The notes beneath the pieces are model-generated. The model searched no databases. It saw only the letters and a program-made list of their open reading frames with translations, and was not told where the DNA came from. Made by a program: the position numbers and the translations under genes. Below are positions 42,474 to 52,101 of a stretch of 64,000 bases of DNA, piece after piece. The stretch covers positions 1,056,001 through 1,120,000 of the forward strand of contig OY970173.1 of the NCBI GenBank assembly GCA_963707635.1. The letters are read 5' to 3'. How positions within the stretch are numbered: position 1 is the stretch's first letter; each line of letters starts with the position of its first letter. This DNA comes from Candidatus Latescibacterota bacterium (GTDB lineage Bacteria > Krumholzibacteriota > Krumholzibacteriia > WVZY01 > JAKEHA01).

Positions 42474-44436
42474 ATGAGTGTCCGTGCCCTCACCAGACAC
42501 CTGCGGTTTGCCGTTCCATTTTTGCTTACCACCACCAGTGCGGCGTTGTCCCACGCCATGCCGGTCCACCTCTGGAGCAAGGCCGTGGGAGACACGGGTA
42601 TTGTGGTCTGCTACGACCGTCGCGGTAGACGGGGCCGAAGACATCGTGATTACCGGCTCGTTCTACGGAGTCATGGATTTCGGTGGCGGCCCGCTCGTCA
42701 GCGCCGGCGAAGGTGACATCTTCATCGCGAAATACAACGCGGCCGGAGCCCACCTGTGGAGCCAGCGAATCGGAGACATCGATAGTGACACCGGTTTCGC
42801 CCTTGCGGTCGATGCGGCCGGTAACATCTATGTCTCGGGCGGCTTCGCCGGTACGGTCGATTTTGGCGGTGGTGGGTTGGCGAGCGCCGGTGCGAGTGAT
42901 GTCTTTCTGGCCAAGTACAACTCGAGCGGGGTTCACCAGTGGAGTCAGCAATTCGGAAGCACGCTCACCGACATTGGCAGGTCCGTTACCGTCGATCCTT
43001 CCGGTGACATTATTCTCGCCGCCCAGTTTCGCGGCACCGTGAGCTTCGGCGGCGTGGGCCTGGTGAGCGCGGGTCTATCCGACATCGCCCTTGCCAAGTA
43101 CAACTCGAGCGGAGTTCACCAGTGGAGTGAGCGTTGGGGTGGTGCGAACTCCGACATCCCGATGGACGTCGCGGTCGATGGGGCCGGCGATATCGCGGTC
43201 ACCGGTGTGTTTACCGGGACGACGGACCTCGGGGGAGGCCCTTTGGCGAGTGCGGGCTTGAACGATATTTTTCTTGCCCACTACAGCTCGGGCGGGGCTC
43301 ACCAGTGGAGCAAGCGTTTCGGAACCGCGGGCGGGAACGAGTTCGGGGAGAGTGTGGCGATCGACGCGTCCGGCAGGGTCGTGTTCACCGGTCAGTTCAA
43401 CGGGACCGTGGATTTTGGCGGTGGCCCGCTGGTGGGCGCGGGTGGGGCCGATATCTTTCTCGCCCAGTACGACGCCACCGGTTCGCACCAGTGGAGCCAG
43501 CGTTTTGGAGCGGCCGGATCGAATCCGGAGGAGGGCAGAGGTGTCGCCATCGACGCCTCCGGCAACATCACTTGCACGGGCTTTTTCACCGGGACGGTGA
43601 GCTTCGGGGGCGGATCGTTCGTGAGTACTGCGCCTTACGACATTTTCTTCGCCCGGTACAGCTCGAGCGGTGTGCACCAGTGGAGCGCCGCGTTCGGCGG
43701 CCCGAGCTTGGGCTTTAGCGGGGACGCCGGCCAAAGTGTCGCCATCGACGGTCTCGGCGCCACGGTCTTCGTCGGCACCTTCGCGTCGACCGTTAATTTC
43801 GGCGGCGGGACGCTCACGAATCCCGGCACCTATTCCGATGTGTTCATCGTGAAGTTCGTGGAGGATATCCCGATCCCGGTTCTGATATCGAAGTTCGACG
43901 CCGTTGCGCGTCGCGGCAGCGTTGAAGTGAGCTGGGACGTATGGAGCGACGAAGCGCTCGCGAGCTTCTCGCTCTACCGGCGCGAAGGCGATGCCTCCCT
44001 CGCGGCGGCTGTCGCGCAGGGGTCGTTCGACGGCGCTGCCCGCGCGTTTGTTGACGATAGTGTCAAACCCGCGACCACGTATCACTACGAACTCGTGATC
44101 CAGGCGCGTTCCGGCGATGAGTTCCGTTCGCCGGTCGCGACCGTGACCACGCCGGCGGTGGCCGCCTCGCTGGGGCCGAACCACCCGAACCCGTTCAACC
44201 CGACAACGACGATCGAATACACGCTGAGCGAGCCGACGTCGGTGGTCATCAGCATATTCGATGCGTCGGGCGCAGTGGTGGCCCGGCTGGACGACGGACG
44301 GCGCGAGGCCGGCACGCATTCCATCGCCTGGGACGGCCGCAACTCGTCGGGCCGTTCGGTGGGAAGTGGCGTGTATTTCTATCGTCTGGAAGGATCGCCC
44401 GAGGCCGCGACCCGCAAGATGGTGCTACTGAAGTAA
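42474..44436 (+). CDS. Secreted beta-propeller (SBBP-like repeat) protein with FlgD/T9SS-like C-terminal domain; indel near 42615
   Basis: AAGGAG RBS before the ATG at 42474. About seven ~61-aa repeats 'VAVD..G.I..TG.F.GTVDFGGG.L.SAG..DIFLAKY...G.HQWS.RFG'. C-terminal 'PNPFNPTT...RKMVLLK'. Confidence 0.85.
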
Positions 44437-44472
44437 TCTGATCTGAACGTCGTTGCGCACCAGCGCAAGTGC

Positions 44473-44510
44473 AAACGCCCCGGCGACCATTTCGATCGCC
44501 GGGGCGTTTT
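44473..44510. terminator. Probable bidirectional intrinsic terminator
   Basis: 14-bp perfect stem aaacgccccggcga / tcgccggggcgttt followed by T residues, between convergent genes. Confidence 0.85.
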
Positions 44511-44537
44511 GCGAAAGACTCGAAGCCCTGCCGGCCT

Positions 44538-45068
44538 CTACATCTTGCTCTTCATCGGCTCCTTTGACATCTCCATGGCGGCCTGGGCGAGCTTGGTGCT
44601 GACTTCCTGCACCATCGCCGCGTAGTCGTGGAGCGCCTTGACGCCATCGGGCGTGCTGGCCGACGCAACCGTGACCCAGCCCATGTCCGTCTTTCCGCCC
44701 TCGAACGAAACATCCTTGCGGCTCATCAGCGCGGTCATGCCTTTGCAGCAGTCGCACAGTTTGGCCTTCTGCTCGGCGGTCATGGTCGGGATGGACATGC
44801 AGCGGCTCTCGCATTCCATGTGCGCCTTCTCGAACGACGCCACCATCTTCTCATCCGTCGTCCCGAAGACTTCGACGTAGCCGGCCTTGGTAGGCAGGGT
44901 GTCGCAGCGCAGGGTCGGCCCCAGCGCCGGATCGGCTCCAAATGCGGAGCACACCGGACAGTTCATCGCCTTTTCCATCGCCTGCTGCGGCGTCATGTCG
45001 CTCACCGAGCCGGCGAACGCGACGGTCGCGATCATCAACGCCGCGACGGTACACAATACGCGCTTCAT
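44538..45068 (-). CDS. Small secreted Cys/Met-rich protein, unknown function
   Basis: AAGGAGG RBS before the ATG at 45068, signal peptide 'AFA-GS', 'CPVC', 'HMECESRC', 'LCDCC'. Confidence 0.75.
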   Translation of the reverse strand: MKRVLCTVAALMIATVAFAGSVSDMTPQQAMEKAMNCPVCSAFGADPALGPTLRCDTLPTKAGYVEVFGTTDEKMVASFEKAHMECESRCMSIPTMTAEQKAKLCDCCKGMTALMSRKDVSFEGGKTDMGWVTVASASTPDGVKALHDYAAMVQEVSTKLAQAAMEMSKEPMKSKM

Positions 45069-45359
45069 ACGAACCCTCCTTGAATGGTCATTGAAATCGA
45101 ACGAATGGGGACTGACTGCGAGCCTACCCATACCCTGTCGCTGCGCCGCGCGCGCGGCAGACAGCGAAAGTCAGCACTATTTTCCGCCGCCACCGGCCCG
45201 GAGTCAAGCCTGGTCCCAGGCGGACCTCAGAAATCTCCTTGCCCCTCCTAACCCCCTGTGGCAGACTCCGTTTCGAACGGCCGCAGGTGCTTCCGAGACG
45301 GCGTCCACGCCGGCTCACCCAGAAGACGAGACCATCTTGAACATCGGCAGGAGCACGTC

Positions 45360-46124
45360 ATGTCGCATCCGGTGACGATCGGAAAGCAGGGCTTTTTCGC
45401 GACGCTGCGCAAGGACAGGTGGTGGGTCGAGCCCGCGCTGGTGGCGTCCATCCTGACCGCGTTCGGCATTTACACCACCGTGTCGGCGGTGCTGCTCCAT
45501 TCCAACTTCGAAGTCGGCCCCTATCTCTCGCCGTTCTACGAGCCGCTGCTCAAGCCGAGCTGGTGGCCGTTCTCGCCCGCGATTCTCATTCTGTGGGCGC
45601 CACTCGGTTTTCGCGGCACATGCTATTACTACCGGGGCGCGTACTACAAGGCCTACTTCGCCAACCCGCCCGCGTGCGCGGTGACCGGCTATTCGAGCAA
45701 GAATTTCCGCGGCGAATCGCGGTTCCCGTTCACCATCATGCACCTGCACCGGTTCTTCCTTTTCTTCGCGCTGGCGCTGAACGTGTTCCTGTGGATCGGC
45801 GCCTTGAAGTCGTTCCGGTATGAAGGGCAGTGGGGCATTGGGCTCGGCTCGATCATCCTGACGACGAACGCGTTCCTGCTCATGATGTACAGCTTCGGAT
45901 GTCACTCGCTGCGCCACGTCGTGGGCGGCCGGCTCGACTGCTTCTCGTGCGCGAGAGGCAACAAGAGGGCGTGGGACAAGGTGTCGGTGTGGAACGCCGA
46001 TCACAAGCGCTGGGCGTGGATGAGTCTGTTCTCCGTGCTGATCGCCGACGTCTACATCCGCCTGGTGGCGTACGGAATCATTGCCGACCCCAACACCTGG
46101 GGCGCGCTTCGCGTCATTCACTGA
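45360..46124 (+). CDS. Succinate dehydrogenase membrane anchor, actinobacterial Sdh1 type
   Basis: 'YLSPFY', 'PLGFRGTCYYYR.AYY...PPACAV', 'GESRFP...HRFF', 'GCHSLRH..GG', 'H..WAW.SL'. Directly upstream of sdhA. Confidence 0.85.
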   Translation: MSHPVTIGKQGFFATLRKDRWWVEPALVASILTAFGIYTTVSAVLLHSNFEVGPYLSPFYEPLLKPSWWPFSPAILILWAPLGFRGTCYYYRGAYYKAYFANPPACAVTGYSSKNFRGESRFPFTIMHLHRFFLFFALALNVFLWIGALKSFRYEGQWGIGLGSIILTTNAFLLMMYSFGCHSLRHVVGGRLDCFSCARGNKRAWDKVSVWNADHKRWAWMSLFSVLIADVYIRLVAYGIIADPNTWGALRVIH

Positions 46125-46145
46125 CCCAACCGAGGAAACGCCCGC

Positions 46146-47870
46146 ATGTCCGACCATCAAACCCACGAGTACGACGTCATCGTGATCGGCGCCGGCGGCG
46201 CCGGTCTGCGCGCGGCCATCGAAGCGTCCGCGCAGGGGGCGAAGACGGCCCTCGTGTGCAAGTCGCTGCTCGGGAAAGCGCACACCGTGATGGCCGAGGG
46301 CGGCATGGCGGCGGCGCTCGCCAACGTCGACAAGTCCGACAACTGGCAGACGCATTTCCGCGACACCGTGCTGGGTGGAAAGTACATGGGTCACTGGCGC
46401 ATGCAGCAGCTGCACGCCCAGGAATCGCCGGAGCGGGCGCTGGAGCTCGAGCGCTGGGGCGCGGTGTTCGACCGCACACCGGAGGGCAAGATCAGCCAGC
46501 GGGCGTTTGGCGGGCACACGTACAAGCGCCTCGCCCACGTGGGCGACCGCACCGGCCTGGAGATGATCCGCACGCTCCAGGACCGCGGCGTTCACCAGGG
46601 CGTCGACGTGTTCATGGAGTGCACGGTCGTCGATCTCCTCAAGGACGGCGGGCGCGTGGTGGGGGCCTTCGCGTACTGGCGCGAGACCGGCAAGTTCGTC
46701 GTGTTCAAGGCGCGGGCGGTCATCATGGCCACCGGCGGCATCGGCAAGATGTTTCGGGTGACTTCGAATTCGTGGGAGTACACCGCGGACGGTCACGCGC
46801 TAGCGCTGCGCGCGGGCGCGGAGCTGATCGACATGGAGTTCATGCAGTTCCACCCCACCGGGATGGTGTGGCCCCCGGGGGTGAAGGGCCTGCTGGTCAC
46901 GGAGGCGGTGCGCGGCGAGGGCGGCCTCCTGACGAACACCAAGGGCGAGCGTTTCATGGAGCGCTATGACCCCAAGCGGATGGAGCTGTCGACGCGCGAC
47001 CTGGTCGCAAAAGCGATCTACACCGAGGTCAAGGAGGGGCGCGGCACCGAGCACGGCGGCGTCTGGCTCGACATTTCGCACCGGGACGCGGAATACATCA
47101 AGAAGAAGCTCCCGAGCATGTACCACCAGTTCAAGGACCTCGCGGACGTCGACATCACCAGGGCGCCGATGGAAGTGGGTCCGACGGCGCACTACGTGAT
47201 GGGCGGCATCCGCGTGGTGCCCGAGACGGCCGCCGCGACCGTTCCGGGCCTCTTCGCAGCCGGAGAGTGCTCGGGCGGCATGCACGGGGCGAATCGCCTC
47301 GGCGGCAATTCGCTCTCGGACCTGGTCGTGTTCGGCAAGCGGGCGGGGGAGGGAGCGGCGGCATTCGCACGCGAGAATCGCGGAGCCATCGGGCTCGACG
47401 AGGGAGCGATCAAGCGCGCCGAGAAGGAATTGCTGCGCCCGTTCGAGTCGAAGGCGACGCACACGCCCTACGACGTCCACTTCGCGCTGCAGGATGTCAT
47501 GCAGGACAAGGTGGGGATCATGCGCACCGGCGACGACCTCAAGCAGGCGATCGCGGACTTCCCCGGCATGGTGGAGAAACTCCGCGGGGCGCGCGTGGAG
47601 GGATCGCGCATGTACAACCCGGGCTGGCACCTGGCGTGGGACATGGTCAACATGCTCCTGATCGCCGAAGTGGTGGCGCGCGCCGCGCTCCAGCGCGAGG
47701 AGTCGCGCGGCGCCCACACCCGGCTCGATTTTCCGAAGACCGACTCCGGCGGCCCGTGGGAGAAGGTCAACAGCGTGGCCACCTGCATCGACGGAGTGGT
47801 GCGCGTCGGCACCAGCCCGAAGCCGGAGATGCCGCCCGAGCTCAAGGCCATCGTGGAGGCCAGCGCATGA
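46146..47870 (+). CDS. sdhA: Succinate dehydrogenase/fumarate reductase flavoprotein subunit
   Basis: 'VIGAGGAGLRAA', FAD-His motif 'AHTVMAEGG', 'QFHPTG', 'TEAVRGEGG', 'HYVMGG', 'HGANRLGGNSL', 'ESRGAH'. Confidence 0.96.
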   Translation: MSDHQTHEYDVIVIGAGGAGLRAAIEASAQGAKTALVCKSLLGKAHTVMAEGGMAAALANVDKSDNWQTHFRDTVLGGKYMGHWRMQQLHAQESPERALELERWGAVFDRTPEGKISQRAFGGHTYKRLAHVGDRTGLEMIRTLQDRGVHQGVDVFMECTVVDLLKDGGRVVGAFAYWRETGKFVVFKARAVIMATGGIGKMFRVTSNSWEYTADGHALALRAGAELIDMEFMQFHPTGMVWPPGVKGLLVTEAVRGEGGLLTNTKGERFMERYDPKRMELSTRDLVAKAIYTEVKEGRGTEHGGVWLDISHRDAEYIKKKLPSMYHQFKDLADVDITRAPMEVGPTAHYVMGGIRVVPETAAATVPGLFAAGECSGGMHGANRLGGNSLSDLVVFGKRAGEGAAAFARENRGAIGLDEGAIKRAEKELLRPFESKATHTPYDVHFALQDVMQDKVGIMRTGDDLKQAIADFPGMVEKLRGARVEGSRMYNPGWHLAWDMVNMLLIAEVVARAALQREESRGAHTRLDFPKTDSGGPWEKVNSVATCIDGVVRVGTSPKPEMPPELKAIVEASA

Positions 47871-48637
47871 GCACCTCCGCTGGAAGAGACCGCATGGAGA
47901 AGGGCAAGGAGGTCAAGTTTCGCATCCTGCGCGGGAGCGACGGCGACCTCAAGGAAGTCGAGTACGCCGTCGCGGCGGAGACCGGTTGGGTCGTGCTCGA
48001 CGCCGTGCTCAACATCCAGGCGAAACAGGCGCCGGATCTCTCCGTGCGCTGGAACTGCAAGGCGGCCAAGTGCGGCTCGTGCAGCGCCGAGGTGAACGGC
48101 AAGCCGCGCCTGATGTGCAAGACGCGCCTGGACGATCTCGACACCAGCGTGCCGGTCACGGTTCACCCCATCAAGAGCTTCCCCCACGTGAAAGACCTGG
48201 TCACGGACGTGAAGTGGAACTACGAGGTCAACAAGCGCATCACGCCCTTTACCCCGGCGCCCGGCGCGGACTTCACCTACTACCAGGAAGACGTCGACCG
48301 CGTGCAGGAGTTCCGCAAGTGCATCGAGTGCTTCCTGTGCCAGAACGTGTGCCACGTGCTGCGCAACCACGAGCAGCACGCCGCCTTCGCGGGGCCGCGC
48401 TTCTTCGTGCGCGTCGCCGGTCTCGAGATGCACCCGATGGACACGGCCGACCGGACGGCGTTCCTCGCCGAAGAGGCCGGCCTGTTCATGTGCAACATCA
48501 CCAAGTGCTGCACCCACGTCTGCCCGGAAGACATCCACATCACCGACAACGCCATCATCCCGCTCAAGGAGCGGGTGATCGACCGCCGTTACGACCCCCT
48601 GCAATGGCTGCTGCGCAAGGTGAGCGGAAGGAAGTAG
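47867..48637 (+). CDS. sdhB: Succinate dehydrogenase/fumarate reductase iron-sulfur subunit
   Basis: 'NCKAAKCGSC...LMC', 'CIECFLCQNVC', 'CNITKCCTHVCP'. Confidence 0.95.
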   Translation: MSTSAGRDRMEKGKEVKFRILRGSDGDLKEVEYAVAAETGWVVLDAVLNIQAKQAPDLSVRWNCKAAKCGSCSAEVNGKPRLMCKTRLDDLDTSVPVTVHPIKSFPHVKDLVTDVKWNYEVNKRITPFTPAPGADFTYYQEDVDRVQEFRKCIECFLCQNVCHVLRNHEQHAAFAGPRFFVRVAGLEMHPMDTADRTAFLAEEAGLFMCNITKCCTHVCPEDIHITDNAIIPLKERVIDRRYDPLQWLLRKVSGRK

Positions 48638-48642
48638 CAACG

Positions 48643-48739
48643 GCGGGTCCTGTCGCCGGCAGCCCGGTGCGGCTCGCTTCGTCCGCGCCTGCGCACTAGA
48701 CTCGCTCGCCGCCCGGGCGCCCGCCGGCGCCACCCGCTC
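48643..48739 (+). repeat. 97-bp palindromic intergenic repeat, copy 1
   Basis: 94/97 identical to the reverse complement of 53274-53370. Nested stems gcgggt/acccgc, cgccggc/gccggcg, gcccgg/ccgggc, gcggc/gccgc. Confidence 0.92.
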
Positions 48740-48848
48740 CAGCTCCTCGGGTGGCGCGCCCCTTGCACGGTTTTCTCCACTTCGGGTCGATCGCGTCGCT
48801 TCGGATAGAAGCGACCGCGACGAGTTACAAGGCGAAACGGAGGGGCAC

Positions 48849-49694
48849 GTGGCAGTCTTGAAATGGGCGCGAGAGGAATTCCGAATCTGCGGGCATCCCA
48901 TGCCGAAGTCCGTGTTCGAGCGCTGGATAGCGGACGAGGGCAAGGTCGCGCTGCGCGACGAATTGCGCGCCACGCGGTGGAAGTGGTTCTATGGGTCGCG
49001 GCGAGCCCGGCTGCGCCTCTACCGCTCGGCGCGCACGGCGTTTCGCCCCGGCGGCACGTTTTCCGGGGCCCTCAGGAAGAAGTTGAGTCAACTTCCGCTG
49101 GTCATCCGAGCGTGCGCGGTGGAGATCCAGCAGAGCGGCTACCGGCAGCTGTGCACCTACGATTCGGCGAAATTCTTCGCGGTGGTTCCACGCGGGATCG
49201 TGCAGAACGATTTCAAGTCGTATCTTCTCAAGAAGCTGACCGAGCTGCCGCAGGTGCAGCACCTCCACGGACTCACCGAGCGCGTCATCACGGCGACCGC
49301 CGCCGAGGCCGAGGTCGTCCTCTTCAACCATCTGGAGAAGAGCAATTTCCTCGTGGATGAAAACGGCCGGGGTCTCGTGGTGGAAGTAGATCGCACGTTC
49401 GCGTGGAAAATCAACGGCGCCGACGGGCACTACTGCTACGCGTGCTCGCTCGACGAGGACACCAAGGTGGACCTGACGGGCCGGCGGGAGCGCAAAACCT
49501 TCCTGGCATCAATTGAGGAGATGGCGCGCGGGCAGAACGTCTATCTGCGGCGCCTCCGGCCCGAAGAGGTCCGGGAGGTCGTGGACGCGTTCAAGCTGCG
49601 GCGGCTCATGGGCGCCGCGCTAGACACCTCGCAGCGCAAGAGCGCGCGCCGGGACCGGTCCGCCGTGGATGCGATCACGATCGACGCCCGCTGA
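48849..49694 (+). CDS. Hypothetical protein
   Basis: GGAGG RBS before the GTG, 281 aa with natural composition, no motif I recognise. Confidence 0.7.
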   Translation: MAVLKWAREEFRICGHPMPKSVFERWIADEGKVALRDELRATRWKWFYGSRRARLRLYRSARTAFRPGGTFSGALRKKLSQLPLVIRACAVEIQQSGYRQLCTYDSAKFFAVVPRGIVQNDFKSYLLKKLTELPQVQHLHGLTERVITATAAEAEVVLFNHLEKSNFLVDENGRGLVVEVDRTFAWKINGADGHYCYACSLDEDTKVDLTGRRERKTFLASIEEMARGQNVYLRRLRPEEVREVVDAFKLRRLMGAALDTSQRKSARRDRSAVDAITIDAR

Positions 49695-49696
49695 CG

Positions 49697-50770
49697 CTAG
49701 TTTCGGGGTCCTTTCATCACCACGGTCCGAATCGGGAACGGGATCTCGATCCCTTCGGCGGCGAAACGCCGGTGGATCGCTTTTACGAGTTCGTGTTGCA
49801 CGAGAAACTGCTCGGCGAATTCCGTACAGCGGACGATCAGGTTTAGCTCTATACTCGATTCCCCGAAGGTGTGAAAGCGCACGACCGGCTCGAACGTCTT
49901 CGCCGTTTTCTCCATCCGGGCAACGACTTCGCGCGCCACTTCGATCGCGACGCGCTCCACCTTCTCCAGGTCCGAATCGTACGCGACGCCGACCGCGAGC
50001 CGGACGGTCACGTTCGGGTCCTCCAGGGAGAAATTGGTGACGATCGCCTGCGCCAGCTTGGTATTGGGCACGATCACACGGTTGGTGTTGACCATGCGCA
50101 GGATCGTGTTTCGCCACCCGATGTCGTGCACATAGCCGTCCTGACCGGTGTCGAGGCGGATGTAGTCGCCGAGGTTGATCTGCTTGAGTGCAAGCAGCTG
50201 GATGCCCGAGAAGAAATTCGCCAGCGTGTCCTGCAGGGCCAGCGCGACCGCAATCCCGCCGACTCCCAGCGCCCCAACGATCGGCGTGATCTTGATGCCC
50301 ATGGTTTGGAAGATCACGAGCATTCCGATCAGGAACACCACGGCGTTGACGATGATCTTGGCAATGCTCACCGACGAGGGCAAAATCTTGTAGGCGTACT
50401 GCGCGGCGATGCCGCTCGCGAAACGCGCCGCCACGATGATCGAGAGCACCAGCACGGCCAGGCGCGAGCCCATCGGCACCTTGTCGTCGATGCGTTCGTA
50501 AAACGGGAGGAACGGGAGGGCGACGAACACGCCGATCAGGAAGAACACCCAGCGCGCGATGCCCTTGAGCGCGCCGATGGCGATGTCATCGAGCTTGGCC
50601 TGGGTGACGGTCGCGAGGCGGCGAATGCCGCCGATGACGAGCTTGTCGACGATCGCGCCGACCACCAACCCGGCGAGTATGATGGCTCCGGCCGTGATGA
50701 GGTCGCGCCCGGTCGCCGACAACGCCGCGAACTGGATGGTGTGAAGTGCCGGCGGCATGACAGCTACCAT
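49697..50770 (-). CDS. mscS: Small-conductance mechanosensitive channel family protein
   Basis: 'LGVGGIAVALALQDTLANFFSG', 'GDYI', 'IGWRNT', 'VPN..L', 'GVAYDSD', 'GIEIPFP'. Confidence 0.92.
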   Translation of the reverse strand: MVAVMPPALHTIQFAALSATGRDLITAGAIILAGLVVGAIVDKLVIGGIRRLATVTQAKLDDIAIGALKGIARWVFFLIGVFVALPFLPFYERIDDKVPMGSRLAVLVLSIIVAARFASGIAAQYAYKILPSSVSIAKIIVNAVVFLIGMLVIFQTMGIKITPIVGALGVGGIAVALALQDTLANFFSGIQLLALKQINLGDYIRLDTGQDGYVHDIGWRNTILRMVNTNRVIVPNTKLAQAIVTNFSLEDPNVTVRLAVGVAYDSDLEKVERVAIEVAREVVARMEKTAKTFEPVVRFHTFGESSIELNLIVRCTEFAEQFLVQHELVKAIHRRFAAEGIEIPFPIRTVVMKGPRN

Positions 50771-50806
50771 ACACGCTGCACGTGCGGGAGATCAAGCCGG
50801 GTGCGG

Positions 50807-51490
50807 TTATCGGCCCGGGTCCGGGAGCGCGACGGGAGGTCTCCCGCCCGCGGGATACCCGGCGCGCGCCTGTCTGCTCGCGATCGTTGCGGCGGCGCCT
50901 TCCACCGAAATGGAAAACTCTCCGCGCACGATGCGGCGCTTTCCGGCCGGGTCACCCGAGAGGACTTCGTCCATCGCCAGGTCGACATTGTCGAAGAAGC
51001 CGACCGCGATCTTGTCGTCGCTGTACGAAAGGCGGAAGGTCCCGCCGGTCACGGCGGTCGACTCGATCGGCTGTCCACTCGCGGGGATTTCTTCGTAGTA
51101 GACCCAGACGGCACCGGGATCCGAGGTCGCTTCGGCGATCGTGTTCACCACGCGCAACGAGAGCGGGAAGTCGTTGTGTTGCGCGAAGACCATGCGCAGC
51201 TGGTAGATACCGTCGTCGGTCTCCATCTGCGCGGCGACGTCGTAGCGCGAGAGCGAGGTGAGCAGCGCGGACACGTCAGCGTCGCTGACGCACACCTCGA
51301 GCGGCTGGGCGTTACCTTCGACCTTCAAGCCGACGCCGAAATCGCCCCCGCAAAGCGCGTCGGCCTCGGTCGGCGGGTCGTCGGCGCAGCCGGCGATGGC
51401 CGCAAGCCATGCGAGCGCGGCTGCCCGCGCCAGCACCGGGGCCCGGGGACGCCGCGAAGAGTTGGTAGTTTGCCGGGGCTGCAGTATCAT
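50807..51490 (-). CDS. Hypothetical lipoprotein
   Basis: Lipobox-like 'LAAIAGC' followed by an acidic, beta-rich domain. Start uncertain. Confidence 0.55.
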   Translation of the reverse strand: MILQPRQTTNSSRRPRAPVLARAAALAWLAAIAGCADDPPTEADALCGGDFGVGLKVEGNAQPLEVCVSDADVSALLTSLSRYDVAAQMETDDGIYQLRMVFAQHNDFPLSLRVVNTIAEATSDPGAVWVYYEEIPASGQPIESTAVTGGTFRLSYSDDKIAVGFFDNVDLAMDEVLSGDPAGKRRIVRGEFSISVEGAAATIASRQARAGYPAGGRPPVALPDPGR

Positions 51491-51555
51491 TGTCGAAAGA
51501 TAGGCGCGAGAGGTGCGCCCGCGCAAGGCGCCTTCCGCACCGGCGTGCCTCCTAC

Positions 51556-51561
51556 TATAAT
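51556..51561 (+). promoter_or_regulatory. Consensus -10 box upstream of the lipoprotein-pcm pair
   Basis: TATAAT in a divergent intergenic gap, ~20 nt upstream of GGAGAG and the GTG start. Confidence 0.5.
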
Positions 51562-51582
51562 GGAATGGAGAGAGAGACCAGC

Positions 51583-52098
51583 GTGCCACGACTTCTACTC
51601 ATCTGCCTGGTGTTCGTGCTGATCGCCGGCTGCGGTTCGCGGCAAGAACCGCCGGCGGAGCACTCCACCGCGTTCACGCCGATCGTGTCGCGCGAGGCCG
51701 GGATTCGCTTCGTACCGCCCGTCAAGTGGAGCAGAGATCGCGTGGTGGTTACCGAGCTCCGGGCGGACAGCGCTGCGACGGAACTCGCCGGCGCGCTGCA
51801 TGGTGTTTCGTTCGACTACAAGGCGGAACAGCCCGGGCACCGCAACCAGTCGCTGCTCCGCATTCTCGTTATCGATCGAACCCGCTGGGCGGCGCACCTC
51901 GCCGAAGGCGGGCCGCCCGCGGGCGAGTCGATCGCGTCGGTCGGCGACTGGGTGTACGTCGCCATGCTGCCGGCGTCGAACCCGTACCGCGCCGAGACGC
52001 TGGACGCGGACCAGTTCGACGACATGAACCTTTCGCTCGACGAGGTGCGCGAGGCGTTCGCCGTCGAGGGCAACGGGCCCAGCCTGGCGAAACGGTGA
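51583..52098 (+). CDS. Hypothetical lipoprotein
   Basis: GTG start, 'MPRLLLICLVFVLIAGC' lipobox. Confidence 0.65.
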   Translation: MPRLLLICLVFVLIAGCGSRQEPPAEHSTAFTPIVSREAGIRFVPPVKWSRDRVVVTELRADSAATELAGALHGVSFDYKAEQPGHRNQSLLRILVIDRTRWAAHLAEGGPPAGESIASVGDWVYVAMLPASNPYRAETLDADQFDDMNLSLDEVREAFAVEGNGPSLAKR

Positions 52099-52101
52099 GC
52101 G

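Noticed and set aside
42620..43860. Regularly spaced ~183-nt repeats resembling a CRISPR array
   Set aside because: The repeats are degenerate, in frame and encode beta-propeller blades. There are no unique spacers and no cas genes.
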